Of a stretch of DNA of 64,000 bases, positions 39,343 through 52,428 are shown piece after piece. This DNA is from Octopus sinensis (lineage: Eukaryota), in the NCBI RefSeq assembly GCF_006345805.1, contig NC_043012.1, positions 7,254,001 to 7,318,000 of the forward strand. Reading direction: 5' to 3'. The position numbers and the translations under genes were made by a program. Position 1 is the first letter of the stretch. Every line of letters begins with the position of its first letter. The notes below the pieces were generated by a model. That model ran no database searches. It was not told the DNA's origin and saw only the letters and a program-made list of their open reading frames with translations.

Positions 39343-40890
39343 ATACATACAAATATGTAAACATTTGCATCATTTATCTATTGTAAAACTTATAAATGCT
39401 GCATACAAATGGAGTGAAATTTTGGAATCAGGATGGAAAATTAGTGTAAAAAAGTTGGTTTGCATTCATAATGAGTATAAGACATTTAAATTTGTTGAGC
39501 AGTGTAATACAGGTTCTTCCATTCGTTGTGATAACCAATACTTTTATTCATCCCAATTAGATGAAGGAAGTCTCGTTCCAGCTTCATAAATCCGAAGGGC
39601 TTATCCAGATTTATATATCAGACACTTGTGTTCTAACAGCAGTGTATGAAACTACATTGATGCCAAGTTGTATAAATTTAAAGAAAAGCCATTCTCTCGG
39701 ACTATGCCGGTGGCTTGGAGAGGGGAGAATTTGTATACATGAAAAGTTCTCTTCCACAAAAAAGCAAAAGCCTTGCCCAGATCAGCATATATATGTCCAG
39801 ACAAATATACAAATTTCGACAACAGAATTTCTGATGTATTCATGCCTGCAAAGTAATTTAGTTTCCCATTCAAGGCTAGTACCCTCGTGTGCTGATTAAT
39901 TTGATGTAAGGAGAAAAACTGACATTGTTTACAGGGTTTTCTCCTCTTAACACCTTTTTATTTTTTATTGTTTTCAGTTAAACTTACAGTGGCCGTACTA
40001 GAACACGGCCTTCGAAAGATTTAATTTGAGCCCGTGGTGTACCCTAGCGGCACGTCGTCTGTTACCCTTTGATTTAAAATTCAAACTTCCTACCCTGCTG
40101 TGGATGTCGAGATTATCTTCTAAACGAATGATTCTCCCTTGCAATAAGTTTTTAGGTGCTTATTATACAAATGCTGGAAGGATGTAAAGTAAAGTTAGCC
40201 TGGTGGTAAAACGAACTCAGAGCGAAAAGACACATAGCCACATACCACCATAATGTTATTTGTCCGACATTCAAACGCTTATATTATCCGGCTCTGCCAA
40301 AATAGATGAAAAGTTTGAAAATGTTATCAAAGAACCATAAAAGTTTGTAACATCTTGTCTGTTCATTGTTCGCTGATACCAATTATCGGTTTGTGCTTAT
40401 GAATATGGACATCTATAGAGAAGAAACATTCACAATACACTTTGGCTCTTAGGAAAATAAAGCAGGAATCTTTCTTCCTTTCTCTGGTGAATTCTAATTT
40501 GTCGCAGTACTGTTATCTTCAAACACACTTGCACTCGCAAATGCATACACAGATGTATACGAAAACATTTTTGAATGTTTAAATACATGTGTGTGTGTGT
40601 GTGTGTAATATGCACACGCACACACAAATATGATCAGATGTTATTATTATTATCATTATTATTATTATTATTCAGACTCATTAGCACGCCAGGCGAAATG
40701 CTTAGCGGCCTTTCCTCCGTCCTTTTGTTCTGAGTTCAAATCCTGCCGAGATCGACTTTACCTTTCATCCTTTAAGGGTCGATAAAATAAGTACCAGCTG
40801 ATTACTGGGTTCAATGTAATCGACTTACCTCCGTCCCGAACTCGCTGGCTTTGTGCTAAAGTTTGAAATCATCATCATCATCATCATCAT

Positions 40891-40959
<69 letters not shown>

Positions 40960-40997
40960 TTTTATTATTATTATCATTATTATTATTATTATTATCA

Positions 40998-41058
<61 letters not shown>

Positions 41059-41062
<4 letters not shown>

Positions 41063-41372
41063 TAGTTTTATTTTTATAGCGTGCTTTCACTTCACTACCG
41101 AGCGCAGCTCTGTGTGCCTTGGGTATGTGCTGTGATTTGTTGTGATGCTCTGATGGTTATTGTATGGAAAGTGTTCTGCGTAGGATGTGTGCAGTGCCTA
41201 GTAGTGCAATTTTCTGTATGTTATATGTGTTTGTAAGTCCTGGTGTTTTTGTTATGTATTTGTCTGAATATTTTTTTATCATGCCTAATGCACCTACTAT
41301 GATAGGAATTGTTTCTGTTTTTAGATTCCACATTCTGGTTACCTCTATTTCCAGGTCTTTGTATTTTGAAAG

Positions 41373-41375
<3 letters not shown>
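41059..41375 (-). mobile_element. 3' fragment of the copy-2 Dong subfamily, in (ATT)n
   Basis: Near-identical reverse complement of about 46735-47056, with ATT runs on both sides. Confidence 0.92.
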
Positions 41376-41420
<45 letters not shown>

Positions 41421-41446
41421 CATTATTAATATTAGTGGTGGTGGTA

Positions 41447-41489
<43 letters not shown>

Positions 41490-41504
41490 CAGCAGTAGCA
41501 GTAA

Positions 41505-41562
<58 letters not shown>

Positions 41563-41995
41563 CAATAACAGTTTGATTCGGCTCCATGCAACTTAATGTG
41601 TTGAGTGCCACTTTCATTTGTTCACTCACTCGTGTGCGTGTGTGCGTGTGTGTGTGTGCGTGTGTGTGTGTGAGTGTAGATAATAAGAGCAACGAGTAGT
41701 TCTGGCTATGTTGAAAGTTATGAATGCGCATGCGCAAACAGATGTGCATCAATGCAGAATACGTGCATACACATGAACTGAAATAACAAGTAGGAATTGT
41801 TCCACTTGTTCTCTATATTTGTTTGTTTATTCCAAAATCCCACAGTCTCGTGTAGCTTCCTTGCATTCTCATCCCAGATTCAAACGAACACCAACGTCTC
41901 ATGTGGTAGGCTTGATAATTGCTGAAAGTTACCGACATGAAACCAACGGTAGCCTTGTTAACCCACAAATATAAGTATAAACCCACATACATAAA

Positions 41996-42027
<32 letters not shown>

Positions 42028-42174
42028 CGCATATGTGTGGGGGGGTGTGTCTGTGTGTGTGTGTTGAAGGAAAGGTTGAAAAATTCGGTACGTTTTTAAT
42101 TTCATGTTATACGTGTTTCATTACAGTATAGGGAAATACATTACGAACATAAATAATATATCAGTAATAATAAC

Positions 42175-42221
<47 letters not shown>

Positions 42222-42244
42222 TAATAATGATAATAATAATAATA

Positions 42245-42292
<48 letters not shown>

Positions 42293-42300
42293 TAATAATA

Positions 42301-44966
42301 AGATCCAGATCCAGAACAGGAAGAAAGATGAAGAGAAAATCTGGATCCTCACCAAGAGAAGAACTGATATCAATAAAAGAAACGCTGAAACAAAAAGTCC
42401 ACGCAAAAGCCCAAAGAATACGAAGATTTGAGAAGAGAAACAAGTTTTACAAGCAAAATAAGCTGTTCACATCCAATGCCAAAACATTCTACAGAGAAAT
42501 AGGGAAGGAGAAAATAACCGTTAAAGACCCCCCTCCCATGGAAGAAGTTCAAAACTTTTGGAAAAGGATTTGGAGTGACAAGAAGACGGACAACATAAAT
42601 GCAGACTGGATTATACAAACTGAAGGATCCTACCAAAATTTACAACAACAAGCATGGGAAGACATCACAATAGCAGACCTAAGAAAGGCACTCACGAAGG
42701 CCCATAATTGGAAATCCCCCGGTAAAGATAGGGTGCCGAATTTCTGGCTCACATCGCTCCTATGCGCACACGGTAAGCTAGTTCAGCTGCTCAATGGAAT
42801 TATGAGAGACCCAAAGAAAACACCTGAATGGTTAGCAAGTGGCATTACTTACCTACTCCCAAAGAATAACGAAACCAACCTTCCAAAAAACTATCGGCCT
42901 ATAACCTGTCTATCCACCACGTATAAAATCCTAACATCTATCCTGGCGGAGAAAACATATGCATTCATGGAGAAGAACGATATTTTCCCCATCGAACAAA
43001 AAGGGTGCCGCCGAGGCTCCTACGGATGCAAAGATCAACTGCTAATCAATCGTATGATCCTTGAGAACTGTCACAACAAGCGCAGAAATCTCAGCACCGC
43101 ATGGATTGACTATAAAAAGGCCTTCGACAGTATACCGCATCCATGGATCTTGAGATTGCTGGACATCTTCAAAATTTCCCCTGTGATTTCAAACTTCCTG
43201 AAGCACAATATGTCGTTGTGGAATACGAATCTCCAATTATACCACTCTAATGGAGTACTTGCCTCAGAAAATATAAACATCAACTGTGGAATTTTTCAAG
43301 GTGACTCACTTTCACCTTAATATTCTGCATAGCCCTAATACCCCTTACAAGTGAATTAAACAGAACAGGGTATGGGTATAAAATTGCCAATAAAAAAATA
43401 AGCCATCTATTTTATATGGATGACTTAAAACTTTATGGTAAAGACAATAATGAACTTGAAGGCCTATTGCGCACCGTGAAAGCATTCAGCGATGACATCG
43501 GGATGGAGTTTGGACTTGAGAAGTGTGCCAAGGCCACTTTCCAGAAAGGGAAAGTGAAGACCACAAATTCAGTCGTGTTAGATGTTGACACAGTCATAAG
43601 AGAGCTTGAGCAAGAACAAACATACAAATATTTAGGGATAAATGAAGGCTCTGGTATTCAGCATGCAAGCATGAAAGAGAAAATCAGGAAGGAATGTTAT
43701 AGGAGAGTTCGTGCAGTCCTGAAATCTGAACTAAATGCACGTAACAAGGTGTTAGCTATAAATTTCTTAGCAGTTCCAGTTGTTACTTATAGCTACAATG
43801 TGTTGAACTGGAATATGAGTGAAGTAAAGAATATAGATAGGAAAATACGCAAGCTGCTGAGTTGTAATAGGATGCACCACCCAAAGGCAGACGTAGATCG
43901 CCTTTACCTTCCCAGAGCCCAAGGAGGTCGAGGCCTGATCCAATTTGAACTAGCTTACAAAACAACCACAATTTGACTGGCCAAATATCTCGAAATATCG
44001 AATGACTGGATGCTAAAGCTCGTGGAAAATCACGAGAGACGAAAGAAGCTTCATTCTATCATAAAGGAAAGCAAAAAATTTGCTATTGATCTCGTGCAGG
44101 ATACCCAAACTGAACAACCCGAGGGAAGTACGGCAACTATTGTTGCAAAGAAGGTGAAAATGATGGCAATGAAAAAAGCGCACGAGCAATTGGCTGATAG
44201 GTGGGAGGAGAAACCTCTGCACGGCAAATATGTGACCCGCAGCAAACAAGCTGATGTTGACCAGAAGCAAACCCATCAGTGGCTACGGAGCTCAGGGCTA
44301 AAAGCAGAGAGCGAAGGTTTCATCCTGGCTGCTCAAGATCAAAGCCTATTAACCCGGAGCTACCAGGCCAATGTGATGAAAAATGGAGCAGACCCAAAAT
44401 GCCGATTCTGCAACGACATGATTGAAACAGTGGACCACCTAATCTCTGGATGTAAAGTCTTAGCACCAGTGGAGTATAAATTAAGACATGACAGAGTTGG
44501 CCAATATCTCCACTGGCTAATAAGTCGGCATTACAATATCAAAACTGCCGACAAGTGGTATAATCACCACCCTGAGGCTGTAACTGAAGGAGAAAATGTA
44601 ACCATTCTGTGGGACTTTCCAGTACATACAGACCAAACCATCAAGGCCAATAAACCAGATATTGTTGTGAAAGACCAAAACAATAAAGTTTGCTTATTGA
44701 TCGACATGAGCATCCCCTGTGATCATAATATCTCAGCGAAAGAGTTTGACAAGCTCAGAAAATATAAAGACCTACTCATTAAAATTGAGAAAATGTGGCA
44801 TCTCAAGGCGGTTACAATACCAGTGATCGTAGGAGCACTAGGAATGATCAAGAAGGGAACCGAAAATTATATGAAAATGATCCCTGGCTTACCATCCCTG
44901 CAAGAAGTGCAAAAGATTGTCTTAACTGGTACATCACACGTATTGAGAAGAGCATTGTCGATGTGA
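42301..44966 (+). pseudogene. Dong-like RT/RLE ORF with one frameshift (about 43317) and one in-frame TGA (43974-43976)
   Basis: Track ORFs 43416 and 44010 share a frame across a single TGA. The 42289 ORF shifts frame at TCACCTTAATATTC. Confidence 0.9.
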
Positions 44967-45150
44967 GAACTGTTGCTGCTCATGTATTTTAATTTAACTT
45001 AAAAAAAAAATTAAAAATTAAAAAAAATGAACGAACTACTGAGTTTGGTTTAATGGCCTACCAATGTATACTATGAGTTTCTTTGGACTAGGAGTCGGGA
45101 AGACACTCGGCAAGAAATGGAAGCAAATTTGAAAGAAGAAAAAAGAAGAA

Positions 45151-45151
<1 letters not shown>
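42301..45151 (+). mobile_element. R4/Dong-clade RLE non-LTR retrotransposon, copy 1, 5'-truncated, in (TAA)n
   Basis: RT motifs KSPG.D, YRPITCL, EQKG, GCKDQL, DYKKAFDS, GIFQGDSLSP, YMDDLKL; CCHC knuckle CRFC..ETVDHLISGC; RLE KPDIVV..LIDMSIP. TAA runs on both sides. Confidence 0.92.
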
Positions 45152-45220
<69 letters not shown>

Positions 45221-45221
<1 letters not shown>

Positions 45222-47056
45222 CTCCAAACAAAAGAGGGACTCATGAAAACCAAAGACATCCCCATCAGAAGAGGAATATTCCAGGGAGATACGCTCTCTC
45301 CACTCCTTTTCTGCTTGGCACTGTCACCTCTATCTGATATGCTAAATAGAACTGGATGCGGATATAAATGTTACGGCAAAACCATCAGCCACCTTTTATA
45401 TATGGATGACCTAAAACTATACGCTGCAAATGACAACAGCTGGAAACACTATTAAAGACAGTTCATGGATTTACCAAAGAAATAGATATGAAATTGGATT
45501 AGAAAAATGCGCCAAAGTAACCATGAAAAGAGGAAAACTAGTTAAGAGTAACAACATCACACTAGATAAAACCAATGAAATAAAAGAATTAGACCAAAGC
45601 CAAACTTACAAATACTTAGGAATCCATGAACTAGATAAGACACAACACACACAAATGAAAGAGAAAATAAAAAAAGAATATTATAGACGAGTTAGATCAA
45701 TACTAAACACAGAGCTCAATGCTAAAAACAAGATAATAGGTATTAACACTTTAGCTGTCCCAGTTATAAGTTACAGCTACAATATCCTTAACTGGACACG
45801 AAATGAACTGACCAAAATAAACAGGAAAACAAGAAAAATAATGACAGGATCTAGGATGCATCACCCAAAATCTGACATAGAAAGACTATATATACAACGT
45901 ATAGAAGGTGGTAGAGGCCTTATACAGCTGGAAAACTACTATAAAATAACCACCATAGGACTGCAAAAATATCTACTTCAGAAGGAAGGAAAACTGATCC
46001 AGATAGCGGCAAAACACGAGCAAAACAAAAAAACTGTTCTCAGTATTTAAGGAAGCTGACAAATACAAACAAGAAATCATACCACCTAATAAACATGAAG
46101 AAGAAGAAGAAGATGAAGAAACAACAAAAGCTATAAAACAAATGAAATCCAAACTAAAAATAGAACAGCAACGAACCATGATAAAACGATGGCAAGAAAA
46201 GCCCCTTCATGGTAAATACTGGACTAAACTAAACGCAAAAGAAATAAACAAAGAAAAATCCCAGCAATGGCTGAGAAGCTCAGGACTCAAAGCAGAGACA
46301 GAGGGATTTTTAATTGCAGCACAAGACCAAAGCCTCCCCACCAGAAATTACCAAAAACATGTAATGAAAAGAAATATTACAAGTAACTGCAGAATATGTG
46401 GAGATGGACAAGAAACAATAAATCATATTATCTCTAGCTGCCCAGTCCTGGCTAAGAAGGAATACATTCACAGACATGACAGAGTTGGAACCTACATACA
46501 TTGGAAGCTATGCCAACATTATGGAATAACAACAGAAAAAAGATGGTATAGGCACACACCAGAAAAGGTCACAGAAAACGAGAAAGCAACCATACTCTGG
46601 GATATGCCGATACACACAGATAGAGAAATTAAGGCCAACAGACCAGATATAGTTGTCAGAGACCATGAAGAAAAAAAATGCTTTCTAATTGATGTATCAA
46701 TACCGGCTGATGACAACGTATCTCTAAAAGAAATGGAGAAACTCTCAAAATACAAAGACCTGGAAATAGAGGTAACCAGAATGTGGAATCTGAAAACAGA
46801 AACAGTTCCTATCATAGTAGGTGCATTAGGCATGATAAAAAAATATTCAGACAAATACATAACAAAAACACCAGGACTTACAAACACATATAACATACAG
46901 AAAATTGCACTACTAGGCACTGCACACATCCTACGCAGAACACTTTCCATACAATAACCATCAGAGCATCACAACAAATCACAGCACATACCCAAGGCAC
47001 ACAGAGCTGCGCTCGGTAGTGAAGTGAAAGCACGCTATAAAAATAAAACTACTGAA
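45221..47056 (+). mobile_element. R4/Dong-clade retrotransposon, copy 2 (different subfamily), 5'-truncated, frameshifted
   Basis: GIFQGDTLSP, YMDDLKLY, CRIC..ETINHIISSC, RPDIVV..LIDVSIP. Flanked by TAA runs 45152-45220 and 47057-47170. Confidence 0.92.
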
Positions 47057-47100
47057 TAATAATAATAATAATGATGATGATGATGATGATGATAATAATG

Positions 47101-47169
<69 letters not shown>

Positions 47170-47915
47170 TCATAATAGTTGTGTATATGTAGAGAACACG
47201 AGGACACAGCTTCGATTATAACCCCTTCTATACACTACCACACACATATATATAGACACACACACACATACACACACACGCACACGTATCCAGAAGGCTC
47301 ATTATTCAATAAAATTGTGATTGTTCACAGAATTACATTTAATATTCATTAAATGTAAATTTAGACATAAAATTATGTAAGAACTGAAAAGGAAAACAAA
47401 ACATGGCCGAATTTTTTTTTTCTCTGTTTTGTCTTTGATTTCCTGACGATTTTCTGAAATCATGATTAATTTTAAAATATACAAAACGAATATTTGTGCC
47501 TATGTGAATGTGTGCGTGTCTATGTCTGGGTTTATGTACGTGTGAATGCGTGTGTCTATGTTTGTGTACTTGTATATATGTGTTGTATGTGATTTTATAT
47601 GTGTGTTTGTATGTGTCTGTATGTTTGTTTGTAAATGTATGTGTCTATATATGTATGTACGTATGTATGTATGTATGTATGTATGTATGTATGTATGTAT
47701 GTATGTATGGATGGATGGATGGATGGATGGATGGATGTAAGTATGTATGTACGCGAGTGCTCATACAAAATTATGCTATAATATCCCAGAGTAGTTCTTG
47801 TTGTCTTTGATGGAGGAAACCTAAATCCAGAGGCGTTCCAGCTGTGCCCATCCCTTCCCTTTGTTTTTAGATTTAGGTCTTCATTATGCAATGCGTAAAT
47901 ATCTTGCGCAATGCG

Positions 47916-48300
47916 AAGGTGGCAAGTTGGCAGAAACGTTAGCACGCCAGGCGAAATGCTTAGAAGTATTTCGTCTGCCGTTACGTTCTGAGTTCAAATT
48001 CCGCCGAGGTCGACTTTGCCTTTCATCCTTTTGGGGTCGATAAATTAAATACTAGTTATGCACTGGCGTCGATATAATCGACTTAATCCTTTAGTTTGTC
48101 CCGTCTGTGTGTAGCCCCTTGTAGGCAGTAAAGAAATAAGAAACGTTAGCATGCCGGTATTTCGTTCAAATTCCGCCGAGGTCGACTATGTCTTTCATTC
48201 TTTCGGAATCGTTAAATTAAGTACCAGTTTCGTACTTAGGTCGATCTGATCGACAGCCCCCTCACCAAACATTTCAGGCCTTGCGCCTAGAGTAGAAAGG
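47916..48300 (+). mobile_element. SINE family B tandem: full copy plus partial copy
   Basis: Tail GTAAAGAAATAAG joins directly to AAACGTTAGC of a second copy that ends GCCTAGAGTAGAAAGG. Confidence 0.85.
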
Positions 48301-48465
48301 AATAGCTTGTACAATGCGGTAGGTGTGTGATTTGAGGGATTTGGTCGCTATTTCTGGCAAATCTGGCGACCAGGTCAGTCTTCCCCACTTCGCCTCATGT
48401 CCGTCAAGGAGTGGATAAAAAATAACAAAATTATACATTCAATGACACCTAATATTTTACGTTTC

Positions 48466-48689
48466 TTACTCTCTTTACTCTTTTACTTGTTTCAGTCATT
48501 TGACAGCGGCACCGCCTTTAGTCGAGCAACTCGACCCCAGAACTTATTCTTTGTAAGCCTAGTACTTATTCTATCGGTCTACATTTGCCGAACCGCTAAG
48601 TTACGGGGACGTAAACACACCAGCATCGGTTGTCGAGCGATGGTGGGAGAGACAAACACAGACGCACAAACATATATACATACACACAC

Positions 48690-48774
<85 letters not shown>

Positions 48775-48940
48775 TACGGCGTGCTTCTTTCAATTTCCAT
48801 CTACCAAATCCACTCACAAGGCTTTGGTCGACCCGAGGCTATAGTTGAAGGCACTTGCCCAAGGTACCACGCAGTAGGACTGAACCCGGAACCATGCGGT
48901 TGGTAAGGTAACTACTTTCCACACAGCCACTCCTGCGCCT
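48466..48940 (-). mobile_element. SINE family A, full copy
   Basis: Reverse complement of the 38887-39342 copy with internal (CA)n(TA)n. Confidence 0.85.
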
Positions 48941-49027
48941 AATGTTGAATTCCAATTCAATTTCAAAACACCCAAACTACTTTTGCCGTAGGGACACGTG
49001 AATTCACACACACACATGCACGCACAC

Positions 49028-49091
<64 letters not shown>

Positions 49092-50577
49092 GCGTGTGCG
49101 TGTGTAAAGGTAACTCATTAGTACTCAATACTAAAGTTATGTTTCAATTATATAACTCGGTCAACCAATTTGGTTTTGCTTAAACAAATTGAATTCTGTG
49201 TTTGAATGAATACATACATAAGTGTATCCATATGCGTATGTATGAGCGTGTGTGAGTATGTATGCATTTATGTATGTATATGTATATGAACATGAACATA
49301 TTTGTGTATATATGCTTGTGTGTATATTTATGTGTGCGAATGCATATATTTATTATTCTAGCAATAAATGTGTTTCTATAGAATCCAAAGAATAATAATA
49401 TATGACTTTCTGCCGTCTGATCGTTGTTAGACACCACGGACAACGATACACACACGCGCATGCGCACTCACATACATACACATACACTGGAACGCTGACT
49501 CATACATTGACACCCATAAACCCACACGTATATATATATATATACACACACATTCATAGATTTATACACACACACACTCATACACATATACACACTTACA
49601 GACAAACAGGCGGTGCCTTTTCTAGAATTTCTTACAATGAATCGATTCTCTTTCAATAAATGAACGGTATTGATTGATGTCTTATATAACTGGCGGCCAT
49701 AACTCTTTGCTATAACTATCCGAACGATAAACTTTATATTATATTATTATCCTTGTGAAAGATATGAACCAATCGAAGAATGGAGAAAGGAAAGGCACTG
49801 GAATAATAACAGACTTTGAGAAACGTACTGACGAAAGCAAAAACATCAAGCTGTTCTTGGTTTGATGTTGATGACGGCCATCTTGTTTCGACTCTTAATA
49901 CAGTAAAACAGTTTAATTTTTATCTTTTTAAGTGATGGACTGACAGCAGATAGTTTCATTATCGTTTGCCGTTTTTTTAATATTTTTTACTTGTTTCAGT
50001 CATAAGACCGCGGCCAAGCTGGGGCACCGCCTTCAATGGCTTTGGTCAAACAAATCGATACCAGTACATCAGTTCTGTTTTCTTTTCTTACTTTTTTTTA
50101 AGACTGACATTTATTCTGTCGACGTCTTTTTGTGAACTGCTAGATGAAGGGATGTAAACAAACCAACACCATTTGTAAAGCAACTGAGTGGGCGTCACAC
50201 ACACATACGTATGTGTGTGTGTAGAATTCACATGTTTGTGTGTGTATGTGTGTGTGTTGTGAGTGTAGGGACCCTAAGAGACATACAACAGAAACATGTG
50301 TCGGAATTTAATATAGAGGAAGAAATTTTAATTAAATAAGTCTTTAAAATGTGCAACTCTGTATTCTTCATAATGTCTCTATAAAGCACTTTGAATTCTA
50401 CGTGAAATTCGTAGAAGCGAACTTTGGATTTACCAATCAAAAGGTGTACAACTATAATTGTTTATTCTAAACGATTCGAAACATTTCCTAACATTCAATG
50501 TGATTAGCCAAGTCTGGATTTTAATAGAATGCTTATAATGTATCTGCCTGGATTTAAAATCCTTATTCCACTGTGGC

Positions 50578-50609
<32 letters not shown>

Positions 50610-50619
50610 TTACACATAC

Positions 50620-50650
<31 letters not shown>

Positions 50651-50680
50651 TGTATGTACGTACTTATGTATGTACGTATG

Positions 50681-50769
<89 letters not shown>

Positions 50770-50908
50770 GAAAACTAGGATAAAATCATTATAAGTATTT
50801 ATCAAGTAATTCCTCTTAAATATATTTATTTATATTAAAGGCATTACTATACATAAACGCTTCACGCTAGGAAGAACTCTTAAAGTCAAAACTACCATAA
50901 TAAATAAA

Positions 50909-51000
50909 CACATTGTACCGGACGCGAGGGAATGCAACTCACGAAGCGAGCAAAAATGCTCGCTTCGTGAGTTGCATTCCCTCGCGTTCGGTACAATGTG
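50909..51000. repeat. GC-rich 44-bp inverted repeat with 4-nt loop, inside a TA-embedded insert
   Basis: CACATTGTACCGGACGCGAGGGAATGCAACTCACGAAGCGAGCA-AAAA-reverse complement, one mismatch. Confidence 0.9.
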
Positions 51001-51344
51001 ATTTTTTATTGTTTACATCTCGCTCAGAGATTTATTATTGCTTATATATATATATATATATATAAATTATAAATTTGGGTATCTACGAGATACCACCATG
51101 CTGAAAATAGCAGCCATGAACCGACTCTAAAACCACCTTAAGTTTTCATATAGCAATATGGAGAAAAGACAAAGAGACATTCTTTATTTTCTCTCCTTGT
51201 TTGTTTCCTTTCTGTGGAAGAGCGTAGGCTCGAAATGTCAATGACTTTTTCACTTCGCGAGCGTTATACTAATACATCTGTTGCCTACATCACCTGTCTT
51301 CGTCTTTTGTGAATTCTCCCTACACACACACACACACACACACA

Positions 51345-51385
<41 letters not shown>

Positions 51386-51610
51386 AGACTTCCGGTCTTT
51401 CAATATGTGACCTCATGAGTACCGCTGGCGATTTTCTTTCCTGTCTTCCCTTCTCGGGATCTTTCCTTCTATGTTTCCGACGAAGAGTTCCGCTCGAGAC
51501 GTTAAACCCTCCTTCTTCCCTTCTTTCCTGAGCGTCCAATAATACTATATTTGTTCCACGTCCTCGCGTTGTTGTGTTTTTTGTTTTTTTGTGTTTTCTT
51601 GTTTGGATTA

Positions 51611-51654
<44 letters not shown>

Positions 51655-51823
51655 TATGTGTGCATGTGTGTGTGTGAATGGATGGAATGAGGAAAGTTTT
51701 GATGGTTAGAGGTGTTGGATTGAGAGAAGTAAGAGAATTTATAAATGATGGGAAAGCTTGGAGAGTATTTTTGGACGGGTGAGTGAATTTTACGTTGCTC
51801 AAAGGGGAATAGGCCTGGGTGTA

Positions 51824-51894
<71 letters not shown>

Positions 51895-51977
51895 CATACA
51901 TACATATATATATAATATTATATATATATATAATATTATATATATATATATATATATATTATATTATATATATATAT

Positions 51978-52366
51978 AGATCAATAAATGGTGGGGTTGT
52001 GTTGACTGAATTAAACAGCACAACACATGCTCTTAATCCCTTTGGATCTTAACACCTCAAGGTAATTTTTTCGTGAACAACCATAAAACTCAAGATACAC
52101 AACGAACTCGCAATGTATCGGAGAACTTATTTTTTAATTTTTGTACATTTTTATCATTATTCTTTTACAAAAAACAATGCAATTTTCTTTTTTTTCCCCT
52201 TTCTAATTTTTAAAAAAACTTTTTAAAACATAAATATTCTTGACAAGTCATACAATGACGAAAACCGGTTGAATAAATATATATTTATATATTTTATCAA
52301 TTTCTCATTTTATTAAAATTTTCTTTCATTTGAGCATTGTGCATTTTAAAAAAATTTTTTCCTTAC
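51978..52366 (+). mobile_element. Solo pLTR fragment of the 18.6-kb PLE family with 29-bp inverted tail
   Basis: 52006-52366 closely matches 20589-20948. 51978-52006 equals 18602-18630. (TA)n flanks. Confidence 0.9.
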
Positions 52367-52381
52367 CTATATATATATATT

Positions 52382-52428
<47 letters not shown>

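Noticed and set aside
39561-39899. IYADLGKAF, RT-like motif on the minus strand
   Set aside because: No downstream QG or YADD motif found; too weak.
45117-45455. Poly-Asn fused to RT
   Set aside because: Chance in-frame join of the copy 1 UTR, a TAA run and truncated copy 2.
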